Assembly: GCF_018977255.1 (NCBI RefSeq)
Contig: NW_024705452.1
Coordinates: 1 to 43,339 of the forward strand
Length of the DNA: 43,339 nt
Direction of reading: 5' to 3'
DNA from: Callorhinchus milii
Taxonomy: Eukaryota
The notes under the pieces were generated by a model, which saw nothing but the letters and a program-made list of their open reading frames with translations, ran no database searches and was not told where the DNA came from. A program made the translations under genes and the position numbers. This document shows, in pieces, positions 25,901 through 35,289 of this stretch (its first letter is position 1; every line of letters begins with the position of its first letter).

Positions 25901-26553
25901 TGGGAAATGGTCAGGGTGAGGGGAGGGAAGGGAGGGAGCGAGGAGGGGGAAATGGTCAGGGTGAGGGGAGGGAAGGGAGGGAGCGAGGAGGGGGGAAATG
26001 GTCAGGATGAGGGGAGGGAAGGGAGGGTGCGAGGAGGGGGGAAATGGTCAGGGGGAGGGAAGGGAGGGAGCGTGGAGGGGGGAAATGGTCAGGGTGAGGG
26101 GAGGGAATGGTGGGAGTGAGGAGGGGGTGAGATAGTCAGGGTGAGGGGAGGGAAGGGAGAGAGCGTTGGGGGGAAAATGGTCAGCGTGAGTGGAGGGAAG
26201 GGAGGGAGCGAGGAGGGGGGAGATGGTCAGGGTGAGGGGAGGGAAGGGAGGGAGCGAGGAGGGGGTAGAGAGTCCAGAGGAGAGCTGAAGGTGCTGTCAA
26301 AGAGAAAAGTCTTGAGAACGGCATTGAAGGAGGAAAGAGAGGAAGCGGCGAAGGCACTGGGAATGGAGTTCCAGAGCCTCGGGGCTGAGAGGCTGAAGGC
26401 CACCAATGGTAGGGCGGTTGGGGCGGGGGATGTGGAGCAGACTGGAGCCAGAGGAACGGAGGGTACTGGTGGGTATGTAGTGGGATAGTAGGTCGGAGAA
26501 GTAGGAGGGGGCGAGGCCGTGAATGGCCTTGTAGGTGAGGATGAGGACCTTGA
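25901..26553 (-). mobile_element. L2 3' fragment with expanded 46-bp VNTR
   Basis: ORF 26297-26830 contains KVLILTYKAIHGLAPSYFSDLL...RSSGSSLLHIPRPN; about 7-8 copies of ggtcagggtgaggggagggaagggagggagcgaggagggggaaat at 25901-26270. Confidence 0.92.
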
Positions 26554-26584
26554 GTCCTATGTGCTCTGTACGAGGCTGAGCAAA

Positions 26585-26911
26585 GTAATAATAATAATAA
26601 TAATCCTTGCATTTGATATAGCACTTTTCACGTTGGAAGGACGTCCCAAAGTGCTTCACAGAACACACTGTAAAGTGAATTGACTGTATATTTGTGGGCG
26701 AACGCGGCAGCCAATTGCGCACAGCAATGTCCCACAAATAGTCGTAGATTGAAAATGACCAATTTATTATTGTTTTTGGTTTTGGAGGAATTATTATTAG
26801 GCTCTGTGTGGAGTAAGGAAACTTGCCCAAGGTTTCGCCCTCTGCCTGGAATTGAACTCAGGTCTCTCGCTTGCAAAGCGAGTGCTCTAACCACAGGAGC
26901 TACAGTCCGGC
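26585..26911 (-). mobile_element. tRNA-derived SINE with L2-type 3' tail and (TTA)n end
   Basis: Minus strand: tRNA-like head gtagctcctgtggttagagcactcgcttTGCaagcgagagacctgaGTTCAATTCc (A- and B-box). Body gggacattgctgtgcgcaattggctgccgcgtt resembles DeuSINE/AmnSINE-type 3' regions (from recall). Tail ttgggacgtccttccaacgtgaaaagtgctatatcaaatgcaagg(att)n. Confidence 0.88.
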
Positions 26912-27399
26912 TGTACATCCTCTGCACCGGTTGAGTATGTACAGTTAAGCATTGGCAAGAAATGGCATAATCTTTTCCGCGGGAAGGACGGGAACAAAAC
27001 AAATCAGTTCTTCCTCGCGACAAGGCAACGATTATCTGACCAGAGAGAAAGAGAGAAAAATAATAACCGCCTGCGGAGTTTTTATTCCGAGCGAACTCTT
27101 GTTACAGAAAGCTTCGACGACCGGACAGTAATTTTCTGTGCGAGAAAAACCTCTTTGACTATCTCACGCTCGACGCGCCATGGATTAAAAGGTGAATTTG
27201 TGTCGGACAAACGTCTGCAATGACCGCGGTCAGAGGTCACCCTGAGATTTTTCTGGTTAAACCATACTTTTTTCAGTGTTGATGAACGCGGAGTCTAATT
27301 ACTCACCGTAAGCGTTTCTTAACCACTCATTAAAATACTTTTTCCGAAGACACGGGTTATGCGCACCGTCACCGTATCAGTTATGCGGTGGGATCGCAA

Positions 27400-27892
27400 C
27401 CCCATACCGCGTTAATGCCGCACTGCACTACCCCATTAATGTCACACACACACTACGCCCCCCCCCACCCTACCCCGTTAATACCACACTCCACGCCCCA
27501 CTAATACTACTCCCCCATTAATACTGCACACCCTTGCCTCATTATTAACACGCTAACCACAGCCACTAATACCAAACCAAAGTACCCCATTAATACCACA
27601 CCCCACGCAATATCACACCCCCACACATCCCATATTAATGCTACGCCCACCATTCCCCATTGCACGCCCACCATGCCCCATTCCACACCCAACACACCCC
27701 ATTACTAAGACACCCATTCATACCACACCCCCCACACCCCATTGATAAGACAACCCATTAATACCACGCCCCACACACCCCACCAATACCACAGCCACGA
27801 GAACTCATAACACCACACCCCACATACGCCATTAATACTATGCCCCACTAATGCCACACTCTTGTACCCCCATTACTACCACACACCCCATT
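27400..27892. repeat. Degenerate C/A-rich minisatellite (core ccccattaataccacac)
   Basis: Core repeated many times with variable spacers. Confidence 0.75.
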
Positions 27893-28005
27893 GTTATGTG
27901 GTTGCTGATAAAGCTTCACTTGGCTCGGTTGGTAAACTTGAACCCTTCGTGTTTCTGGCGGTTTGTTGGGGATGTTGAGCTGTTGCTGGGTTGATCAGGA
28001 TGAGG

Positions 28006-28088
28006 TTATGGGTTGTCAGGGTTAGGATGGTTGCCTCTGTTCATTAAACCGCCTTCCATTTCCATCTCAGAAGTCCCTCCATCTGAAT
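28006..28088 (-). CDS. CALHM-like gene, putative coding exon 3 (terminal): (D)SDGGTSEMEMEGGLMNRGNHPNPDNP*
   Basis: Acceptor caattgtAG at 28090-28089; phase 1 matches the end of exon 2; TAA at 28008-28006. The acceptor pyrimidine tract is weak and there is no recognisable homology. Confidence 0.5.
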
Positions 28089-28344
28089 CTACAATTGACA
28101 TGATTTTGCAATGAAACAGAGCTGTATAACAGTCCGTAGGTTGGCCAACAGCATCTCAAGATGTCCCAGAATTGTTTCACGGGAAGTGTAGGACCGCGCG
28201 CCATGTTGGAGCGCGTGGCCAGCCAACTTCCCCGACATGGTGAAACCTTGTTCGCTTACTCCCCATGACTGACAATAATCCCTCAAGATAAAATAATACG
28301 ATAATTTTGTCACTCCATTCATGACCGTTTGCGGGACACGGCTG

Positions 28345-28492
28345 CGTGCGATCGGGTGCCTCATTTCGCACACGTACACAGAGATTTAACTTTACAATAT
28401 GTTGCGTGAAGCGCTTTGAGAAGGACAGAGATCTGTGAAAAGCACTTCATCAAATTCGAAGTGTATTATTTTTTATTTTATTATTATTATTT
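28345..28492 (+). mobile_element. Diverged SINE/L2 3'-tail remnant within intron 2
   Basis: actttacaatatgttgcgtgaagcgctttgag...gtgaaaagcact...(tta)n parallels the tail of the 26585-26911 SINE. Confidence 0.6.
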
Positions 28493-28541
28493 TAATACAT
28501 GCCACTGTACTGCTGCGATCTTCACGTCCGGTTTACTGTAC

Positions 28542-28617
28542 CTGAACAACATTCTCTGTAGCATTTCACCACCATCACTATAAACAAGACGATGAGGAGT
28601 ATGATACCACCACTGAG
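28542..28617 (-). CDS. CALHM: CALHM-like gene, coding exon 2 (TM4): LSGGIILLIVLFIVMVVKCYRECCS
   Basis: Strong acceptor ttatttctttcctccgcAG and donor CAG|GTACAG; 76 nt. Its phase-0 start matches the end of exon 1 after SQ. Hydrophobic helix followed by K/R-C residues, as in CALHM TM4. Confidence 0.85.
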
Positions 28618-29314
28618 CTGCGGAGGAAAGAAATAAGCACCGATTAGAGAAACTCCACTGCCCCGCGCTGTATAAATCCAAGTTGTTGTTGTTCTTGTTG
28701 AATTGGAAAAGTAAGGCGGTTCCTCTCCTTGCCTCGCCGCAAAAAATCTACCAAATCAGACGTGTAGCTTAATTTCATGCCTCTGTGGCGATGCTGCTGG
28801 AGACAACTTCAGCGGCGGTGGTTGCCCACAAGATGCACGTCCTTTCAACTTTACATCCATCAACGTCTCGCTCTTCTTGGCACTGCCTCCGGGCGCCAGC
28901 GAGACCCCGATGTAGAGCTTGGGCAATAGAGCAAGAGGACATTGCATTCAAGCTGCAAGGGGCTATTTAAGGATAAGTGGGGTTAAGGATAAGGGTCTGT
29001 GTGCGTGGGTGGGGTTGGGGGGGGAGGTGTTGGCCTTAAACAATACGTGTGAAGGGTTGTAGGGTGGTTCGCTGCAGGGATCTATCAGATCTCTTGAAGG
29101 TTAACATCGATTCATACACGTCCACCACAACCTGTAGGACATGCGGCGTCTGCATAGATACAAGGCTCCTTGTCCTCCACTTTGCCCATCAGCTTAAATT
29201 AACGAAAAAATAACTGCCGGTTATTACCAGTGCCTACGATTTGAGAGCTACTCGGAATATGAAATGGGCCGTCCCAAATTCACGGATTACTATCACAATT
29301 ATGGTGTTCTGAAG

Positions 29315-29655
29315 GACAGAGGTTAGAGCACTCGCGTCCCAAGCGAGAGAGGGCCCATCAAATCAAAGCTGATTCCTGGGCAGAGTGACACCCTGGGCAG
29401 TTTTTTTTCCTTACTTCACACACCTGTTTACCGGGCGTGGGACCCGCTTGTTTCTCGATGGGAGAATCGCACTCTGGGGCTCATACTCCGTTGAAGAGAA
29501 ACACTCACTCAGACGTCGATTGGTTACGGGACACGACTGTAAGCAATTGGCCGCCGCCTTCCGCTCATAAAATCTACAGCCACTACTCTTTACAGTAGGC
29601 GAAGTGCTTCGAGTTGTCCCGAATACGTGATAAGGCGCTATACGAAAGGCAAAGT
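29315..29655 (+). mobile_element. Diverged copy of the tRNA-derived SINE within intron 1
   Basis: ggttagagcactcgcgtcccaagcgagag...ctgggcag...ttccttacttcacac...aattggccgccgcctt...gtgataaggcgctata, colinear with the 26585-26911 element. Confidence 0.8.
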
Positions 29656-29713
29656 CCGGTAATTAACACTGTTCACTGGAACAGACGTTAAAGCAGGTCC
29701 CCTCCATTCTTAT

Positions 29714-29965
29714 GCCAATTGGCCCCACTCCCCCGCTCTTACCCCAATTGGCCCCACTCCCCCGCTCTTGCCCCAATTAGCCCCATTCCCACGCACGTGC
29801 CTCAACTCGTCGGCGGTGCCCATCCGTTACGCAAACCAATAGCTCTCCCCAACTCTTATCCTAACCATTCCCACCCCCCAACCCCCCGCCGCTACTAATC
29901 GAAAGTGTCCCACGCACGCTCTTGCCCCAAACTAGTCCCACTCCCCCGCTCTTACCCCAAGTAGC
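29714..29965. repeat. Degenerate ~29-bp minisatellite (ccaattggccccactcccccgctcttacc)
   Basis: About 2.5 near-exact copies at 29714-29790, with decayed copies to ~29965. Confidence 0.7.
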
Positions 29966-30299
29966 CACGCTATCCCCTCGCACCCCCACAGACCTGCAAC
30001 TATTTCATTTTCAAGTGCTTAAACCAGTTTCCTTTGGAAACCAGTCGTTGAATATTTTTCCGCCACATTTTTTTTGGGTGGGGGTGTGGGGGCAGTGCGT
30101 GCCGGGGACCGCGTCAACCTCCTCCGCAAAAATATGCCTCACCGTCTGCCCTCTGCGTGATTTGTCAAACACGTTCAACCTGCGTGGTTTAGTGAGTTAC
30201 CCATCCGCTCGGTGCATTTGCGGTTGTCGTTGGGCATGCGTTTCGCGGAAATCAGCAGCCGTCTGTCCGGTGGCGAACGGGCGGTGAGGTCCGACCTAC

Positions 30300-30779
30300 C
30301 TGCGATTGTAAGAGCGCGGCGACGACTTTTCTGTCCGCGTTGTCCACCGCTCCTCCATCGGATGCCTTTGCCTCGCACGGATTCGCACCCTGCTTCCTGG
30401 TAACGTTGTGGATCCTGACGGTTCCTGGCGACTTGGCACAAATCAGGTAATCGCCGTCCAGCAAAAGCAACACCAGCCACATAACCGGAGGGGCGAGTAC
30501 GCTCACAACAAACCTCCACGCTTTCTTCCCATCTGCCGAGCAATTCCGCGGACATTCGTGCGCAATGGCAGAAATGAAGGCAAAGGTGAGGGAAGGTAAA
30601 CAGAAGAACAGTGCCACGTATAACTTGTTCAAGTTTGGTTCACACGGGCACGAAAACGTCATCTCCAATAATTCTTCCACGACAGCCAGGACGAAAAACA
30701 TGGCAGTACTCCCTAAAACTGTGCTTTGATTTCTCAGGTCTTTCAGGAAGCCTTTTTTTATCTGAGCCGTGTTCACCAT
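30300..30779 (-). CDS. CALHM: CALHM/FAM26-family large-pore channel, coding exon 1 (N-terminal helix plus TM1-TM3, 160 aa)
   Basis: ATG at 30779 in strong context (gcaATGG). Family motifs FSCPC, LFFCLPS, APPVMWLVLLLLDGDYLICA, a second extracellular Cys (NPC) and LQSQ. Donor CAG|GTAGGT immediately after SQ, phase 0, the canonical CALHM intron position. The paralog number cannot be assigned by eye. Confidence 0.93.
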
Positions 30780-30889
30780 TGCACTCCCGCGTCTTCCCTC
30801 TCTTCCAGGTGTTGCCGGCGGTGTCGTCGCCTTTACAGCTGTTGGCGGTGAACTCACGCAAACCTCGTGGGTCTTCAATCTGCAAAACT

Positions 30890-31075
30890 GATGATATATA
30901 TTACATTATAATTTAGAATATTACACGTCATCACTATTATATTAGGCTTGACAATATTTCATGTTATATTTCTTACGTTAGACTCTCTAATATGTATTAT
31001 ATTTCTTATATTTGACCTGATAATATATATTACATTTCTTATATTTGACCTGATAATATATATTGCGTATTACGT
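30890..31075. repeat. AT-rich 33-bp minisatellite just upstream of a splice acceptor (ttttgcAG, 30881-30880, minus strand) for the CALHM-like first coding exon
   Basis: atttcttatatttgacctgataatatatatt occurs twice 33 bp apart (~31001, ~31034), with degenerate copies to the left. Confidence 0.7.
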
Positions 31076-31493
31076 TCGCTTTAACCGTTCACGTTTCAAA
31101 CGTCAAGCTTCCCTTGGGGATGAACGACGCATTTCTACAGCGACCCTCACGTGGGGAGGAAAGTAGGGGGGTGGTTGGGGGTGGAGGACCTGAAGCCGAG
31201 CCGGAGAGAGAGGAGGTGACGATAGGTGCGGTTGAAGAGGCTCGACCTGAAGATGGGGAAGCAAAGCTCAAGGCCAAGGGATTAGGGAAGTGTGTACCAG
31301 AGTTTCAGGGCTCAGCGACTTGAAAGCGCAGCCGACGTTTTGCCCCCACGTCCAAATATCCCTGTTCCCAACAACCCGCACGACTCGCCCCATCCCCTCG
31401 CCGCCCCGGGCCGCATCAGACCGGTGCCGAAACGCAGCGGTGCACTGGGGCTTCAGGACAGGAAGGCTCTGTCAACCCAACCATCCCATCTGC

Positions 31494-31655
31494 AATAATA
31501 ACAACAGTAATAATAATACTTGTATTTGAAAATAGCGCCTCATCGGGGCCTTCAAGGGGTCTCAACACGCTTGACAGACAATTACCGCAGAACGATTGCA
31601 ATGTATATTTTGCGGGCGAAAGGCGGCGGCAATTTGTTCCACAAACAGTCGTGGA
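31494..31655 (-). mobile_element. Diverged SINE 3' remnant
   Basis: Minus strand: cgactgtttgtgg...aattgccgccgcctttcgcccgcaaaatataca...gatgaggcgctatttt...(tta)n. Confidence 0.65.
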
Positions 31656-32366
31656 GTGAGTGACCCGATTATCATTACCGCTTTCTTGAGGGGATTATCA
31701 CCCGAGTGAATGAGACTTGTCGATCGATGAACAAACCAATTCCAACTGACTGCGAGGAAAACTACCTGAAGCAACGCAACGCACTGATGTTGCTGCTCCG
31801 TGTGGCTGTCAGCGTTGCGGAAGGGCAATGCAATTACCTCGTTCCTATCATTTCTATTCCAGGTGTATATATTGAGTGGAAAAGCGATATATTATTAGTT
31901 ACTGACGGGAAAGAAAATTTATTGCAACAACCAGAGGTACCAAGCACACCTGGGAAGTGCTCTGAGACACACCAAGGAAGCGATCAATGTGCAATGTCAA
32001 TTTCAAGGAGTATTACAGTTTAACAATATTCACCAATTGCACAGAGTTTTGTTTTATTGGACATTTTCGAAGGTAAGAAGAGCTATGGAGGACGACTGGT
32101 TTGGAAGAAGGTTTCCAACGAAAGGGATCCGGAGATGGTTTGAAATAACATGAGCAATGTTATATGTGCAGCTGATGTAGCGTCTCACCACATCTTCGAC
32201 ACATCTCAAATCGCTTTACAAAGTATACTGCCGAGTAAAGTGACTCTGCAATTGGTCGACGAAACGGCTAACAGTGACTCAGCAACGAGCAACATTGGGA
32301 AGCCTCGTGAGATCCGAACACGAGGGGAGGCCATCGTCGAGTGGACGGATTGTGCGGGAGTCATAT

Positions 32367-33410
32367 CCCACGCGGCTGAAACTCTGGTCCACGCCTTTAT
32401 CACCTCAAGGCTGGACTATGGGAACTCTCTCCTCATCGGCCTTCCCGGCCCTCCCTCCACACTGCCGGTCATTCAGAAATCTGCAGCTCGTGTACTGTCC
32501 CGCACCAGACACCGCACCCACATCACTCCCACCCTCGCCCTCGCTCGCCTCCACTGCTCCCCATCCCCCAGAGGATCCAATTCAAGATCCTCATCCTTAC
32601 CTACAAGGCCATTCACGGACTCGCTCCCTCCTATCTCTCCGACCTACTATGCCGCTACCTACCTGCCCGTACATTCCGTCCCTCTGGCTCCGTTATGCTC
32701 CACATCCCCCGCCCCAACCGCCCGACCATCGGTGGCCTTCAGCCTCTCAGCCCTGAGGCTCTGGAACTTCATCCCCAGTGCCTTCGCCGCTTCCTCCCTT
32801 TCCTCCTTTGGGCCGGTCTCAAGAGCTTTCTCTTCGACCTTCAGCCTTCAGCTCCATTCTCGACTCTCTATACCCTCCTCGCTCCCTCCCTTCCCTCTCC
32901 TCACCCTGACCATTTCCCCCATCCTCGCTCCCTCCCTTCCCTCCCCTCACCCTGACCATCTCCCCCATCCTCGCTCCCTCCCTTCCCTCCACTCACCCTG
33001 ACCATTTCCCCCGCTCCTCGCTCCCTCCCCGCACCCTGACCATTTCCCCCCCTCCTTGCCCCCTCCCTTCGCTCCCCTCACGCTGACCATTTTCCCCCCT
33101 CCTCGCCCCCTCCCTTCCCTCCCCTCACCCTGACCATTTCCCCCCTCCTCGCTCCCTCCCTTCCCTCCCTTCATCCTGACCATCTCCCCCATCCTCACTC
33201 TTTTCCTTCCATCCCCTCATCCTGACCACCTCCCCCTTCCTCGCTGCCTCCCTCCTCTCCTCTGACCATTTACTCGCTCCTCGCTCCCTTCCTTCCCTCC
33301 CCTCACCCTGACCATTTCCCCACTGCTCGGGTCCTGACCCTCCTGTCCAGCGCCTCGGGACGTCCTCCTGACCTGAAAGGCGATCTATAAATGGAATCTT
33401 GTTGTTGTTG
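32367..33410 (+). mobile_element. L2 3' fragment with ~10-copy 46-bp VNTR and intact (TTG)n tail
   Basis: AAETLVHAFITSRLDYGNSLLIGLP...SAARVLSRTR...HITPTL; tail cgcctcgggacgtcctcctgacctgaaaggcgatctataaatggaatcttgttgttgttg. Confidence 0.93.
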
Positions 33411-33430
33411 TATATTAATTGCAATAAAAC

Positions 33431-33571
33431 GAAGAAGTTCTTCCGCAGCTCAGTGCGAAAGAGTTGCCCTCTGATTTTAAGGCTGTGAACCCTGGTTTTA
33501 GTTTCTCCAACCGGGGGACACAATCTCCCACTATCTACTCTCTCGTTCGCTTTGATGGTCTTATAGGTTTC
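33431..33571 (-). mobile_element. CR1-clade LINE ORF2 C-terminal fragment
   Basis: Translation ETYKTIKANERVDSGRLCPPVGETKTRVHSLKIRGQLFRTELRKNFF matches the CR1 pattern TRGHSLKI...FRTELR.NFF. Confidence 0.8.
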
Positions 33572-33619
33572 ACACCCAGAACTGCGGATTAAATATGTAT
33601 TCGCAAAGAAACAGCACAA

Positions 33620-34190
33620 ACACACCGTTTCCACTCTGGTCCTCAGTGAGACTCATTAACCGGTCACTGACTGGAACACAGAGATGCACGCGGACGGACA
33701 GAGAGAGAGTGAGAGATACAGAGAAAGAGTGAGAGAGTCAGAGAGAGAGAGAGAGATACACACAGACAGACAGAGAGAGAGATGAGACAGAGATACAGAC
33801 AGGAAGATAGAGACACACACACACCGACCGCGAGAGAAACACACACTCAGAAAGAGAGAGAGACACAGACACGGGCATTGAGAGTCCACGCACACACTCA
33901 CACACGCGCACACACACGCGCGGAGATAGATACATACAGACACACAGAGAGCCACACAGAGACAAACCCCCACACACACAGTGATAGAGAGAGAGAAACA
34001 CTCCGAGACACGACGAGAGACACTGATACCGATGCGGAGAGAGAGATACAGAAACACACGCAGACAGAGATGCGCAGACGGACACAGACAAAGCGAGTCA
34101 GAGAGAGAGGGAGAGAGATACGTGTACCTACGCTGCAAACAGAGGGAGATACCGACCCACAGACACACACACACGCGTGGCGAAGGGATT
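33620..34190 (-). repeat. Inverted copy of the module head plus AG/AC-rich microsatellite
   Basis: Reverse complement ttccagtcagtgaccggttaatgagtctcactgaggaccagagtggaaac matches the + strand module head at 23245, 35303, 36535 and 39903. Confidence 0.75.
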
Positions 34191-34906
34191 ATTACCATCA
34201 GAAACCCACCCACCCACACGCTGACGAGCAGCTTCCCACTTTAACGCTCGACGCGCGTTTTCGAATGGGTGACGGAATTGTGAAATCTCCAGATTTTTCG
34301 TCAGATTTGGGTGCGAGAGGAACGAGAAGGAAAGAGACAGAGGGGGAGAGGGTGCGAGAGAGGGGGTGGGTGGGGGGAGAGGTGTTTGGGGAGAATTGGA
34401 GAGAGAGAGAGTGGTCCCAGCCCCCGAGAGAGAAAGTGAGAGGGAGAGAGAGTGAGAGGGAAAGAGAGGGAGAGGGAGAGAGAGACGGGTGAATGTCCTC
34501 GGAGGAGAAGATGCTCCTCAACTGCCTTCAGTGGCTTCATCTCCGGTCTGTGTCTGGGTCCCACCAGGAGATCAGTGTCTGTGTGTGTCTCTGTGTGTGT
34601 GTGTGTGTTTCTGTGTGTGTGTGTCAGTGCATGTGTATTTGTGCTTGCGTGTTGTGTGTCTGCCTGTGTGTGTCCGTGTGTGTCTGTGTGTGTCTGTCCG
34701 TGTGTGTGTGTGTTTGTGTGTCTGTCCGCGTGTGTATGTCTGTGTGTCTGTCCATGTGTGTGTGTGTGTGTGTCTGTGTGTCTGTCCATGTGTGTGTGTG
34801 TGTGTCTGTGCACAGGAAGGGGCAGTGTCCGCACGTGCTCTGCCTGTGTGTGTGTGTGTGTGTGTTTGCGTTCGTATCTGTACCTCTCTCTCTCTCTCTA
34901 TCCACG

Positions 34907-35254
34907 TGTTCCGCAGATTACACGAAGAGAGAGAGAGAGGTGTCTTCCTTCTGTATTCCAGTCCGTCGCCAGTCACTGAGTTATCGCTGCGAACCGGAGC
35001 GGAAACGGTGTGGTTTGCGGAAACGCCGCCGCTTCCTCCGCTGATACGAGTCCCGTCTGCGGCGCTGAGGCCGCGCTCCCACCGCCCGAGTTCAGGTGAC
35101 GCAAACGGAGGCAAAGCAACGCGGTTTGGTGGCTCAGGGGGACGGGATTTTTACTCTGTGTCGCTCTCTCTCGCTCTCTCTGTATCTCTCTCTCTCTCTG
35201 TCTGATTACCTGTGTGTATCTCTGTCTCTCTCTGTCTCTCTCAGTCTCTCTCTC

Positions 35255-35289
<35 letters not shown>

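Noticed and set aside
26840..26911. tRNA-Ala(TGC)-like sequence
   Set aside because: It continues directly into a SINE body and L2-type tail, and I could not form a complete acceptor stem; it is a SINE head, not a tRNA gene.
26628..27035. Alternative CALHM exon 2 after the acceptor-like tctctctggtcAG (IIVALSRGR...)
   Set aside because: No TM4-length hydrophobic helix, and it runs into a SINE; 28617-28542 is a far better match.
30252..30878. ORF-track 208-aa single-exon protein
   Set aside because: It starts at a TTG just inside a splice acceptor and reads through the donor after SQ. The ATG at 30779 and splicing to 28617 fit the CALHM family better. An N-terminal extension from an upstream exon is not excluded.
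32150..33001. 283-aa ORF as a host gene
   Set aside because: From ~32367 it is L2 ORF2/3' UTR sequence; a chance in-frame fusion.
33975..34010. CACAGTG heptamer (possible V(D)J recombination signal)
   Set aside because: No nonamer at 12- or 23-bp spacing and no adjacent V/J segment; expected by chance in CA-rich DNA.
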